From assembly GCA_001275005.1 (NCBI GenBank), contig JWZX01003278.1, positions 1 through 64,000 of the forward strand: DNA of 64,000 nt, read 5' to 3'. The stretch is from Chrysochromulina tobinii (taxonomy: Eukaryota). The position numbers and the translations under genes were made by a program. Shown piece by piece: positions 29,391-39,647 of this stretch. The notes beneath the pieces are model-generated. The model made no database searches. It had not been told where the DNA came from and was given only the letters and a program-made list of their open reading frames with translations. The stretch's first letter is position 1, and every line of letters starts with the position of its first letter.

Positions 29391-32300
29391 ATGGCAGGCG
29401 TGTGGCTGCCTTCTGCGCTCGACGGCGACGAAGATGAAGATTCGGACCCAGAATCAGTGGGTCTCGATGAGCGCACCGTTGAAACTGCGCAGCGCATGAA
29501 ATTACGGCTGCAGCTGCGCGCGTGGGAGGCTCACTTTCGCAAGCATGAGGGCCATGCGGCAACATACGAAGACAAAAAGCTCGATCGCAAGTACCAGAGC
29601 CTGCGCTCCCAGCTGCGTCAAGCAGAGCTTGCCTGGAAGGCAGCGCAGAAGGAGCGTGCGGCCCTCGACGAGTTGGACGACATGATGTCGTCACGCTCAG
29701 GCTTCAGCAGCAGCAGCAAGCGTACTATGGAGCGCGGGCGCCCATCGAAGGAGCCAATGAGTGGGCGGCTCAGAGTGCTCTCAAGCCGCCGAGAGCCCTC
29801 GAGCAGCAGGCGACGCTCAGATGCCATGAAAAAGGGCGGCGCGTTAGGCCACGGCGGCGGTGGCGGCACGGACGAAGGACTTCGCCCGAAGGACATGGCG
29901 TGGAGCGGTGGCGCAGATCGGCGTGCTGTATACTGTTCCGTCGCCGCACGTGCCGGGGAAATGGAACGGAAATATGCTGATGACATGGCCAAGGACGGCT
30001 TTTCTTCCGAAAAAAAGTCGCGTCCGCGTGCAAGGATCGTGCCTAGTAGCTCGGCAGATGGCGACGACGACGGCGGCAGCGGCAGGCTGGACCCGAAGCA
30101 GAGACTGCAGGCGCAGCAGCAGCGGCAGCAGCAGCGGCAGCAGCGGCTCATGGCTCTAGCGCAGGCAGGTGCGCCGACTGCGGGAGATCTTGACCAGGGT
30201 AGCCGACAGGCCGTCCTCTCTGGCGGTGCTGCGGCGGCGCAGGACGGCAGCGTGGTTTCCGTGGGTGCGCCGAGTGGGAGTGCGCCGCCGAAAGTGAAGA
30301 AGCGCGCTCGCTTCGCCGACGACGATGAAGCTGCCTGGCGCTATAAAGACGGTACGCGGGTTGCGGAGCCAGTCACGCAGCACTCGCAGGTGCTGCAAGC
30401 GCTGCAGCAGACGAGGCGCGAAGCCGAGGTGGCCGAGGTGCGCGGCATGCCGGCGCGCATCGAAAAGGCACTCGCGCAGGTATACGTGTCCCTGCACGAA
30501 CGGCAGCCGCCCGATGAGGAGGCGTCCGCCGCGCTCCTCCGCGGCATGTTCACCGACGGGGCCAAGACGGGCGATGTCAAGTTCCCACCGGTGCTGTACG
30601 CCGCCCTATTTGCTTACTTCAAGGAGATTTTCGGCATGCCGCCCGGTTCTGCCGAAGAGCTCAACGGGCTGGCTAAGAGAATTCTGCGCGATCACGAGGA
30701 ACGCGTGCGGAAGATCAGGGCCGCGTCGTCGCTTGCGCGCTTCGCCACCAAGGGCGAGATTACAGCTCGGGCCTTCACCTCTCGGGAGGTCGGGGAGACT
30801 TCTCGGAATCTCGACGACTTTGCCGCCACCAGCAAGGGCGGCACGGCGTCAGGTTCCCTGGGCAAGAGCGTTGAGAGTGGCGCGCACGCGCCCGGGTGCA
30901 AGCCGAAGAGCGAAGGCCTCGCGTACTTTGAGATCGAGTCCGCGCTCGTTCGCGCCAGTGCAGCAGCGAGCAGTGGCTTTGGTGCGCGTGATCGGCGGAA
31001 GGCTGACCGTCTCGTCAAAAAGGTGACGGACCAGGAGAAAGACGCGACGCGGCGCGAGCTGGAGATCGTCCATTACTTTATCGACTACACCTACGTGATA
31101 TTTGCTATGGCACTCGGCAGCACTATGCTGCTCGGGCTGTCCGCTGGCTCCCACTGGGCGTCGGGCGATCCAGAGGCGCAGCTCTCACCGCCCGCCAACT
31201 TTCGGCTGGACGACACCCTCACCCAGTGGGGCCACGCCGCCGTGCTCGCCGAGGACTTTGCGCTCGCCCAGCCACGCGTATACGGCAACGATGGCGGTTC
31301 ACGTGAGGCGCAGGGAGAGGTGTGGCACTCGCTCGACCTCATGTATACGGCCAGCTTGCACCGGCAGACCTTCGACTTATTGCAACCGGATGCAGTCGCT
31401 CGGATGCGTCAAATCGAGCAGGAGATCGTCGCGCTACCTGGCTACAACGATTACTGCTACCGGCCGAAGGGCTCGAACGCATGCGAACGCCCGCTCTCAT
31501 TCACGGCCCTCGCGTACAACCAGGTCAGCCTGGACGACACCGACCTTGCGGCCTTCTCGCTGCCTCGTGGTGCTGAGCTCGTGCACGCCGTTTCCACATG
31601 CGCGCCCGAGTTTACCGACTGCCTTCGACCGCATCTGCTCCCGACGTGGTGCAAGCGGTCCGCGTGCTCATCGGGGCTGGGCATCGAGTCGGAGGCCGAG
31701 ATCGCCGCATGCATCGACGTGCGCGACGTGACCTCCCTCGACGCCACAGCGAACGAGTGGCTCGCGTCAGCCGCTGGGCGGGCATGCGCCGAGATGGGCA
31801 CGTGCAAGCAGCATGTTGAGCGGGTATGCGTCCATCCGCCAGCGCCGCCCGCGCTGCCGCCCAGGTTGCCTTCGCCGCCGTCTCCACCGCCATCGCCGTA
31901 TCCACCGCCCTACAGACCGCCACCGCCGCTTCCTCCGGCACCGGCATCGGGCCACCGGCCTCCGCCGCCCTTCTCGCCACCGCCGCCCTCCTCGCCGCCG
32001 CCTCCGCTGCCGTTCCCACCCCCGCCGAGCGCTCCTCCGGCCACGCCTCCAATCCCGCCTCCGAGACCGCCTCCGAACCCGCCGCCGTCACCTCCTCCCG
32101 TGCCGCCCGGATCTCCAGCAATTCCTCCTCTGCCCGTGTCGCCGCCATCGCCACGCCCACCACCACGCCCACCACTTCCACCGAGCCGGCCTCCGTTCCC
32201 GCCGCAGCCACCGGCCTATCCACCATGGGAAATGCAGGGTTGCATCGCCCGCGAGCTCTTTGCGCTGGCGCGCGCGCACGTGTCGTCACATACGGGCCTG

Positions 32301-35300
32301 AACGACCTGGCGCAGCCGCCTAGATGCGGCTGGTCGCCGAACAAGGCCTTCATTGGGCACACGACCGTGAGCGCTGTGGGCACGTTTTTGGACGGGATGC
32401 GCTCGCCTGATCGCTCCACGCCCCAGCCGCTCAATGCGACGGCCCACCTTGCGGCGACGCTGCTGCCGACGCGCACCTACTCGCCCGTTGTCAACCACTT
32501 CTTCGATCGCGTCTTCTCGCGCGCGGCGCGCGGCGAAGAACCAGATCCGTCGGTTCGCGGCAGATGGAGCGCGTGGTCGCGTGGGCAGTGTGCGGCTGGG
32601 AACGGCTACCGCATCTACACGGCTGATCTGCTCGGGCTCAGCAAGCCGAGCGCAGCCGCATGCTACCACTACAGCAACCGGCCGTTCCTGCTTGCGCGCG
32701 TTCGCGCAGTCGCGAATTGCGAGGTGAGCACGGGGCTCGGACTCGTGAATGGCGTGAGTGGCCAAGTTTGGGTGGCCGATCCACTCTGTGGCGCGTGCAG
32801 TGGGCGACCCGAGTGCACTGTCGCTGGCGAGGCCACGGAGGCTACGAGCGTGCGCGGCGAGATGGCGTACGATCTCGACGCGCAAGGGCTGCTACGCGAG
32901 GCTCTCGCAGCTGCGGGCGAAGCGCAACCTGGCCAGAGTGGGCTGAATGCCCATCTACGAGCCGTGCTGCGCTTTGGCTGGCCGTTGCGTGGCCAAGAGC
33001 GCTGCATTCGCAAGTCTTGCATCGAGGAGCAGGAGAAGGCGTTGCAAACGTGGAGCTTTGATGTACTGCAACCAAAGCTCAAGCAGCTCGCCGGGGGGGA
33101 TGGCGTGGACTTGGGATTCGATTTTGATCCGCTCGTGCGCGCAACCGAGGAGCGCGAGATCCGAGCTTCACTGACGACCCTCGTGTTGCTCCCGTGGCTG
33201 CTCGGCTTCTTCTACTATCTCGCCTACACGGGCTCCGCCTTCATGGCTCTCGTGGGCACACTGCAGACGATAGTTGCATGGCCGTGTGCCCTCTTCCTCT
33301 ACCGGTACGTCCTTGACTTCAAACACGTCGAGGAGTTCACGCTGCTCGCCTCACCGGTCACCGCTGCCTTCTCGTTTGACGCCATGACGCTCCTGATCGA
33401 CGCCTGGCAACTCTCTAGCTCCCAGTCCGCCGCGATTCTGAGCTCCTTGCCCGCGCGCCTCAACTGGGTTTTCAACGAGGCGGGATTTGCATGCACGCAC
33501 TCAATCATTGTGGCCATGTGCGCCTTCGTGGCGTGCTCATACTCCTCATGGCTCCAGATCTCACACTTCGGCGTCTTTTGCGCGGTGCAGCTCCTGGTGC
33601 AGCTCTTCATGGCGCTCATTTTCCTGCCGGTCGGCCTCGTGATCTTCCACGATCAGCTCGAGATGAAGCCCAACTTGGCGTTCTTCTGCTGCCAGGGCAA
33701 GCCCGCTGAGGGTGAGAAGGCCGTCACCGCCTATGCGGCCTTCGCGTCGCTCTGGACTCCGCAGCCGCTCACATCGACCGAGCACTTGTCCGACACCCGC
33801 GCCCTCGAGGCAAGCATCGGCAAGGAGCCCGAGCCGCCCAAGAACGTCCATGGCAGCTGGTTGTGGCCCTTCCCGCGCCTGCTCACGCGGATCTTCGTGC
33901 CAGTATTGTACAAGCCGGCGGCGCGTTGCTTTTTTCTCGTGTTCTTCGTCTCGCTCTTTGGGTTCGTACTGTTTCTCGTGGGGGGCGCAAAATCGGACAG
34001 TCAGCAACGTGGCCGCCTGATCGATACGCACCCACTGGTTGCCAATCAGCAGATGATGGACCAGTTCTTCGACGTCTCATCACTCGACAAGACGGTGCGC
34101 GTCACCTTTCTGTGGGGCTCTGATGGCGTCGACCAAGCAGGCGTCAACCTGATGCGCGATTCGAGCTACGTGGGCAAAATCCGGTGGCGCGACGGCTTCC
34201 GCTTCGACGCCGCGAGCCAGGCCCACCTGGCGGCCGCGTGCGACGTGCTGCGAGAGCAGTCGTGGTTGCAGCTCAGCGTCGGAGCAACGGCGCGCGGCCG
34301 TCTTCTTGAGAAGGCTTCGGTGGCGGACGAGCGCGTGGTGCACTGTTTCGTGGACGACTTTCGGCTGTGGCTCGCCAACAGCAACGCGTCACGTCCCTTT
34401 GGCCGAAGCTTCCCAATACCCGACGCCCTCAACCCGACGCGTGCTTTGCATACCATCATCAACTCGCCTGTGGGGTTCAAGTGGCGGCCGTACGTGGCCG
34501 CCACCCCGGAGCGCATCTTCTCGGTCGCGATCTCGGCCGATATGATGCTGCGGGAGTCGGCCAAGCGCCTCGAGGCAGAGGCAAACGCCGCAGTCGTGCT
34601 CAATTGGACCCACCATTTGAACGCGCTCGCGCCCACCTCGGCGGGTCACGCGTTGCCGAGCACTGAGTCGCTATGGGCGTGGATGCGCGCCCAGGCCGCT
34701 CTGCCCTCGGAGGCCTTATTTGGCTGCTTGCGCACGGCGGCCATGTCGTCTCTCGCACTGCTCGTTGTGACCTCGAATCTCCAACTCACGGTCATCACTG
34801 GTTTCGTGGTCTTCGCAGCGACGCTCACCTTACTCGCGCTGCTCGTCGTTTCCGGTGCGGCCCTCGGAAGCACTGAAGCAGTGCTCGCATGCATCGCCCC
34901 GGCGCTGCTCACGCCACCCGCTGCCTTCGTGCTTCGTGCCTACGCCAATTCACCAGAGGGCAGTCGCGTCGATCGCTCGGCGAACGCCTATGCGCACGGC
35001 TCGTCGATAGTTTCAAGCAGTTGGTTTGCGATCGCCGTCGTGATGGCGCCCGTGCTCTCAGCCCAATTGTCCCAGGAGTTCAAGGTGTCAGCGGCCCTTA
35101 TCTTCGTGAGCCTGTGCGTCTTCCTGTGGGTGGGCGTTTCCTTGCCTCTCTTCCTCGGCCGGGCTGGGCCAGTGCAAAGTCAGCCCGGGTGGCCTCTTTC
35201 CGGCTCACTCCCGTGGATACTGCTCAGAACGCTGCCTCCTGCGGAGCGCAAGGCCATTGAGGGGCACAAGGCATGCACGGTGCAGTGGTACCTGGCTCGA

Positions 35301-35597
35301 AAGCGCATTCGAAAGCAACTGGAGGTCAGCAGGATCGCCGCAGAGGAGGGAGCCGCTCGCGCCGAGCAGCGCCGGCACGCTAAAGAAGCCCGCCAAACTG
35401 CGAAGGCAGCGCGACTGGCGTTGTCAATGAGGCAGCAGCAGCGTGCGGCTCACGACGAGGCCTTAAGGAAACAAGGTAAGCCCCCCTCTGGCTCCTCGAG
35501 GAATATGAGTTCACCCGACTCGTTCAAGCCGCCCGGAAGCAACCTCACGTCGAGCCCTGCGAGTAAACGAAGCTACAGAGAGCGGCCATTAGCCTAG
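29391..35597 (+). CDS. Dispatched/Patched-like RND-superfamily (sterol-sensing domain) membrane protein with a Pro-rich extracellular insert
   Basis: 2068-aa ORF with RND topology: one TM (about 31090), a large Cys-containing loop, a 5-TM SSD-like block (about 33170-33660), one TM, a second loop (FLWG..G), then 5 TMs. Poly-Pro/Ser tract at about 31835-32225. Confidence 0.8.
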   Translation: MAGVWLPSALDGDEDEDSDPESVGLDERTVETAQRMKLRLQLRAWEAHFRKHEGHAATYEDKKLDRKYQSLRSQLRQAELAWKAAQKERAALDELDDMMSSRSGFSSSSKRTMERGRPSKEPMSGRLRVLSSRREPSSSRRRSDAMKKGGALGHGGGGGTDEGLRPKDMAWSGGADRRAVYCSVAARAGEMERKYADDMAKDGFSSEKKSRPRARIVPSSSADGDDDGGSGRLDPKQRLQAQQQRQQQRQQRLMALAQAGAPTAGDLDQGSRQAVLSGGAAAAQDGSVVSVGAPSGSAPPKVKKRARFADDDEAAWRYKDGTRVAEPVTQHSQVLQALQQTRREAEVAEVRGMPARIEKALAQVYVSLHERQPPDEEASAALLRGMFTDGAKTGDVKFPPVLYAALFAYFKEIFGMPPGSAEELNGLAKRILRDHEERVRKIRAASSLARFATKGEITARAFTSREVGETSRNLDDFAATSKGGTASGSLGKSVESGAHAPGCKPKSEGLAYFEIESALVRASAAASSGFGARDRRKADRLVKKVTDQEKDATRRELEIVHYFIDYTYVIFAMALGSTMLLGLSAGSHWASGDPEAQLSPPANFRLDDTLTQWGHAAVLAEDFALAQPRVYGNDGGSREAQGEVWHSLDLMYTASLHRQTFDLLQPDAVARMRQIEQEIVALPGYNDYCYRPKGSNACERPLSFTALAYNQVSLDDTDLAAFSLPRGAELVHAVSTCAPEFTDCLRPHLLPTWCKRSACSSGLGIESEAEIAACIDVRDVTSLDATANEWLASAAGRACAEMGTCKQHVERVCVHPPAPPALPPRLPSPPSPPPSPYPPPYRPPPPLPPAPASGHRPPPPFSPPPPSSPPPPLPFPPPPSAPPATPPIPPPRPPPNPPPSPPPVPPGSPAIPPLPVSPPSPRPPPRPPLPPSRPPFPPQPPAYPPWEMQGCIARELFALARAHVSSHTGLNDLAQPPRCGWSPNKAFIGHTTVSAVGTFLDGMRSPDRSTPQPLNATAHLAATLLPTRTYSPVVNHFFDRVFSRAARGEEPDPSVRGRWSAWSRGQCAAGNGYRIYTADLLGLSKPSAAACYHYSNRPFLLARVRAVANCEVSTGLGLVNGVSGQVWVADPLCGACSGRPECTVAGEATEATSVRGEMAYDLDAQGLLREALAAAGEAQPGQSGLNAHLRAVLRFGWPLRGQERCIRKSCIEEQEKALQTWSFDVLQPKLKQLAGGDGVDLGFDFDPLVRATEEREIRASLTTLVLLPWLLGFFYYLAYTGSAFMALVGTLQTIVAWPCALFLYRYVLDFKHVEEFTLLASPVTAAFSFDAMTLLIDAWQLSSSQSAAILSSLPARLNWVFNEAGFACTHSIIVAMCAFVACSYSSWLQISHFGVFCAVQLLVQLFMALIFLPVGLVIFHDQLEMKPNLAFFCCQGKPAEGEKAVTAYAAFASLWTPQPLTSTEHLSDTRALEASIGKEPEPPKNVHGSWLWPFPRLLTRIFVPVLYKPAARCFFLVFFVSLFGFVLFLVGGAKSDSQQRGRLIDTHPLVANQQMMDQFFDVSSLDKTVRVTFLWGSDGVDQAGVNLMRDSSYVGKIRWRDGFRFDAASQAHLAAACDVLREQSWLQLSVGATARGRLLEKASVADERVVHCFVDDFRLWLANSNASRPFGRSFPIPDALNPTRALHTIINSPVGFKWRPYVAATPERIFSVAISADMMLRESAKRLEAEANAAVVLNWTHHLNALAPTSAGHALPSTESLWAWMRAQAALPSEALFGCLRTAAMSSLALLVVTSNLQLTVITGFVVFAATLTLLALLVVSGAALGSTEAVLACIAPALLTPPAAFVLRAYANSPEGSRVDRSANAYAHGSSIVSSSWFAIAVVMAPVLSAQLSQEFKVSAALIFVSLCVFLWVGVSLPLFLGRAGPVQSQPGWPLSGSLPWILLRTLPPAERKAIEGHKACTVQWYLARKRIRKQLEVSRIAAEEGAARAEQRRHAKEARQTAKAARLALSMRQQQRAAHDEALRKQGKPPSGSSRNMSSPDSFKPPGSNLTSSPASKRSYRERPLA

Positions 35598-36215
35598 GTC
35601 CCAGGGCGCGGGCACCCGCACGCCGCGCGGCCCCGCAGGCCGCAGCCGCACCGCGCTCCGCGGCTACAAACGAAAGATCGGATCAGTCAGTAAGACGAGT
35701 TGCCGGAGTTGGAGCGGGGCGCGCGCCCGGATACGCGATAGTACAATTTATGTTAATCTCGATCATGATTCATGTTTTATGCTAGCTGCGATGGCCGATG
35801 CGTCCAGCCGGAACTCGTATCCCACGCACGGCACTCGGTACAGTCGGCACCTCTACGTACAGTCACTACGCTCCAAGCTCCAACACGCGGCTCTGACGCT
35901 TCGTCGGGGCAGCCCGGGACGGGCGCTCAGTCACACACGTCTGTGGTGCTTTTATCACCTCATAGTTCGTCACACCCTGCTGGCCGATGTGGCACGCTCT
36001 TCATCCACACGTGAACGTTAACTGCGGCAGCCCGTTTGCATCGCCACATTCACGCCCGCCGCCCACCCCCACCCGCATGGAAAGCAGTCCCTGAGTAGGA
36101 AAGACACCTGCCGTGCCGGCTGGCATCGCTCACTCTCGAGCCGCCATCACAGGCAGCGAGAGCTGGCGGCACCACCGGCGATGCGGCCGACCCCGGTAAC
36201 AGCGCACGCAGCTGC

Positions 36216-37769
36216 TCAGTCGAGGATCTCGTGTACATAGAGGAAGCCATCGGTCGCGGAGCATGCAAAGGCTTTGGCGCTGTCGTCCCAGTCCACCTTG
36301 TCGAGGTAGTGGCCGATCTTGGCCTGCCTGTCGAGGTCGACTTCGAGATGCACCTCGAGCTCGACGCCGGTGCGGTGCACGATCTTGACCATCGTGTCGC
36401 CACAGCACGCCACACGCTGGCCCACGTTGGCCGTGTAGAAGGCGGAGACGTCTTGCAGGTACTCGTTGAATACCCTGCTTGTGCCCATCGCCGAGACGCG
36501 GTCGGGCAGCTTGTTAGACTGCTGTAGCTTGATGAGCGCGCCAAAGTCGACGGTGACCATGTAGCCGTTGGTGAGACCCACAAGCAGAACGAGGTTGGGC
36601 AGCCACTGGAAGCCAGCGATGACGCCATAGTCCTCGGGGAACGTGAGGCCGAGGTCTTCATTCACGCGCGTCGTGTCGAACGTGAGAAGGTACTTGTCGC
36701 CCACACTGACGGCGACGAAGGGCGGGTAGTTGAGCGTGAAGGCGAGGCGGTTGGGATCGCCGGCGACACGGATGTGGCGCGGTACCTTGGAGAGCATGCC
36801 TCCAAGGCGAAATTTGGAGTAACTTTCCCATTTTGAGCCCGTCTCTGCGATGGGTTGGCTGATCTTCACGCGCAGGCCCGAAGCGAGGCCGAGCCTGTTG
36901 TCGAAGAGCCAGTCGCCGCAGGTGACCGGCGCGCCGTGCTTGCCCTTCTTTTCGTGCAGCTGCATCACGCCCTCGGCTTTGTTGAAGATGATGACCTTGC
37001 CCTGCGTCGTGCCGATCGCGAGCTGCGAGGCGACCTTGGACCATTTGCAGAAGGAGGCGTTCGTGGTGATTGAGGGGGCGAGGCTCATGGGCACGTTGAG
37101 CGGCTCCGAGTCTGCCATCGGAACGTCCCACAGAAAGATGCCCGCGCCCTCCTGCAAGACGCCTAGGCTCGTGCCTTTCCACTCCCACTCGAGCCAAATG
37201 CACTTGCCCGACCCGAGCGTATGCGAGTTGTACAAAGAGCCGTCTCGTCGGAACAGGTGGATGACGAGGCTGCCGTTTTTCGAGGAGGCCGTGGCGATCA
37301 TCTTGCCGCCCGGACGCCATGCGAACTTGATCTTACCCTCGCCGAGCCGTTCAGGGCCCATCTTAAAGAGCCTCTTCTGCTTGTGCTTCGCTTCGCCGCG
37401 CACAGTGAGCGCCACGTCGCTGCTGGCGCGCGGCGTTGTGAGCGTCGCACCCGAGCTAGCATCGCCGAGCTTGTGCTCGCCCTCGGCCGGTGCACTCTTC
37501 GGGATGGCCGAGAGATCGAGGCTGAAGCCGGTGGTGCTGCTCCCCGGCTTCTTCGCCTCGTACTCGTCCACCAACTTGCCGTGCTTTGCGCGCTCCAACT
37601 TCTTAGCACGCACGTCCGCCGGTGTCTCGGCATTCGGGGGTGGCGGCGGCAGTGGCGAGGTCGGCTCTGGCGGGGGAGGGGGAAGAGCGTCGTCGTCCTC
37701 CTCTCCAGGCGGCGGCGGCGGCAGGTCGCCATCCTCGGCCGCGAAGTCAGGCTCCTCAATTTCTGACAT
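36216..37769 (-). CDS. WD40 protein corresponding to the first beta-propeller of IFT144/WDR19, with an acidic/Pro-rich N-terminal extension
   Basis: KRLF...IKFAWRP, HLFRRDG, CIWLEW, SFCKWSKVASQLAIGTTQGKVIIFN, GKHGAPVTCGDW, LTFPEDYGVIAGFQW, RVACCGDTMVKI and VDWDDSAKAFACSATDGFLYV are colinear with roughly the first 350 residues of WDR19 as I recall them. The stop follows immediately. ATG at 37769. Confidence 0.8.
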   Translation of the reverse strand: MSEIEEPDFAAEDGDLPPPPPGEEDDDALPPPPPEPTSPLPPPPPNAETPADVRAKKLERAKHGKLVDEYEAKKPGSSTTGFSLDLSAIPKSAPAEGEHKLGDASSGATLTTPRASSDVALTVRGEAKHKQKRLFKMGPERLGEGKIKFAWRPGGKMIATASSKNGSLVIHLFRRDGSLYNSHTLGSGKCIWLEWEWKGTSLGVLQEGAGIFLWDVPMADSEPLNVPMSLAPSITTNASFCKWSKVASQLAIGTTQGKVIIFNKAEGVMQLHEKKGKHGAPVTCGDWLFDNRLGLASGLRVKISQPIAETGSKWESYSKFRLGGMLSKVPRHIRVAGDPNRLAFTLNYPPFVAVSVGDKYLLTFDTTRVNEDLGLTFPEDYGVIAGFQWLPNLVLLVGLTNGYMVTVDFGALIKLQQSNKLPDRVSAMGTSRVFNEYLQDVSAFYTANVGQRVACCGDTMVKIVHRTGVELEVHLEVDLDRQAKIGHYLDKVDWDDSAKAFACSATDGFLYVHEILD

Positions 37770-37949
37770 CGAGGCGATCCAATTGTGCGGGCGTCGCTTC
37801 AGCGAGTTTGCCACCTAGGCGTGTTCCTACGCATGAAGATTGTCGAGTTCACACGAGCCTTGAAATACCGCAAGGGGGGCCTGTTCAAAAAATTTGGATG
37901 CCTTCTCGACGGTGCGAGTTGTCCAAAGGCCGACTGTCTAACGGCCACC

Positions 37950-38924
37950 ATGGCTTTCGGCGGGCTGCTAGGTAGCAAGAAGAGCCGCGTGGCGCCCGAG
38001 ACCGTGCCTCCCACCAAAGGTGACGCGCCGCGCCGGCGTAGAGTTCTGAGCTTCTTCTCCCTCCGCTGGCGGCGCGTGGGCGCGGGCGGGAAGGCAGCAG
38101 GTGCGAGTGCAGCAGCTGCTGGGCCAGAGATGACGCTGCTGCTCCTCGGATGCGACGGTGGAGGCAAGACTACCTTCACCGCATCGCTCTGCGGCAAGCT
38201 GCTATCCGAGCAGACCAAGCCCACGACGGGCTTCATCACGAAGGATGCGCAGCGGTTCGGTTGCCCGCTCAAGGTATGGGAGTTGGGCGGCGGCCCGGGC
38301 ATTCGGGGCGTGTGGCCCGAGTACTACTCCGGCGCACATGCCATCCTTTTCCTCGTCGACGCTTCCGACGCCGCGCGCTTCGCCGAGGCGCGCGAGCTGC
38401 TCCACCAGGCGGTCGCGCACGACCTCGTGCGCGGCAAGCCACTGCTCGTGGTCGCCACCAAGCAGGACCGACCGCACGCCGTTGGCGCGGCCGAGATTGC
38501 CGAGGCTCTGCGCGTGCACGAGCTCGATGGCAGCAGCGACCCGGGCAGCATGCCGCTGAATTGCCACGTGGTCGCCGACCGTCTCGACGCTGCACGGCTC
38601 ATCGACTCTGGCTCGGCGCTCGATCTCGGCCTATCCTGGCTCTTGGCCGCGGTGCAGGACGGCTACACCACGCTCAAGGCGCGCGTCGAGCGCGACGTGG
38701 CCGAGCAGGAGGCGAAGCTGCAGAGGCAGCGCGATGAGCGCAAGGCGCGGCTCGCGGCCAAAAGGAAAGCGAAAGAGGAGGCCGAGGCGGCCGAAGCAGC
38801 GGCTGCCGCAGCGGCTGCCACGGCCATCGGTGGCGCCGCTCCCGATGCCAGCTCCGCAACGCCTCCCGCGCCTGCGATAACAGCGCCGTCCACAAGTGGG
38901 GTTGATGTCGGGTTGCCGACGTGA
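37950..38924 (+). CDS. ARL13: ARL13-like ciliary Arf-family GTPase
   Basis: G1 GCDGGGKTT, PTTGF, switch II WELGGGPGIRGVWPEYY (Gly in place of the catalytic Gln, as in ARL13), FLVDASD, GKPLLVVATKQD, then the ARL13-type coiled coil (LKARVERDVAEQ). Likely ATG at 37950. Confidence 0.85.
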   Translation: MAFGGLLGSKKSRVAPETVPPTKGDAPRRRRVLSFFSLRWRRVGAGGKAAGASAAAAGPEMTLLLLGCDGGGKTTFTASLCGKLLSEQTKPTTGFITKDAQRFGCPLKVWELGGGPGIRGVWPEYYSGAHAILFLVDASDAARFAEARELLHQAVAHDLVRGKPLLVVATKQDRPHAVGAAEIAEALRVHELDGSSDPGSMPLNCHVVADRLDAARLIDSGSALDLGLSWLLAAVQDGYTTLKARVERDVAEQEAKLQRQRDERKARLAAKRKAKEEAEAAEAAAAAAAATAIGGAAPDASSATPPAPAITAPSTSGVDVGLPT

Positions 38925-39116
38925 GCAGCGCGCGCGCGTCAGGCGTCACGGGCTCACGGCCTCACACATGCCCGACATGACAGATTCAGTATTCGATTGA
39001 GGGCGGTTTCGCGCGTCTATAGTCTCTAACTGACGATAACAATTGACCAGACGCGCTTTCGAAACGAGTACATAATTCACGCTGCCGATTTTCACACGGC
39101 CTTTGGAAGAAGGAAA

Positions 39117-39647
39117 ATGCAAGACCCTGAGCTCTCCAACTCGCAGCCCATCCCGATGGAGGGCGAGTTCTTCGTGCTCGCCCGCAGTGGCATCTCCTTC
39201 TCGGCCAAGTCCGGCTCGACGAAGCTCGAGGCGAGCGGCACACTCTACCTTTCGACCTTGCGTATGGTCGTCGTTTGTGACGATGCTCGCCGCGCCGGCT
39301 TCCATGGCTTCGACATGCCCTTGGCAACACTTTACGACGAGAGTTTCAACCAGCCCATCTTCTGGGCCAACAATCTGACCGGTGCCAGCCCGCCACTCGA
39401 GGGCAGCAGCTTCAGCGCCGACATCAAGTGGACCATATATTTCAACAATGGTGGCGTTGGCACTTTCCTTCCCTTCTTCTTCAGGTTGCTTCAGGAGATG
39501 CGCCAGCGGCTCGCTCAGCCGGCGCACGCGCCGTCAGCATTAAACATCGCAACGATGCTCGTGCAGGCTGCGTACGTCGATCCGAGCGACCCCACCAGAC
39601 TCTTTGTGCCCGCGCCGGCACCGACACAGCAGGCTGCCCCCGCATGA
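39117..39647 (+). CDS. WBP2/UPF0664-like PH-GRAM domain protein
   Basis: GTLYLSTLRMV, FDMPL, FNQPIFWANNLTG, FNNGGVGTF, AYVDPSDPTRLF. Confidence 0.85.
   Translation: MQDPELSNSQPIPMEGEFFVLARSGISFSAKSGSTKLEASGTLYLSTLRMVVVCDDARRAGFHGFDMPLATLYDESFNQPIFWANNLTGASPPLEGSSFSADIKWTIYFNNGGVGTFLPFFFRLLQEMRQRLAQPAHAPSALNIATMLVQAAYVDPSDPTRLFVPAPAPTQQAAPA

Noticed and set aside
36216..37769. Calling this the true IFT144/WDR19 gene
   Set aside because: It covers only the first propeller, and no downstream exons are apparent.
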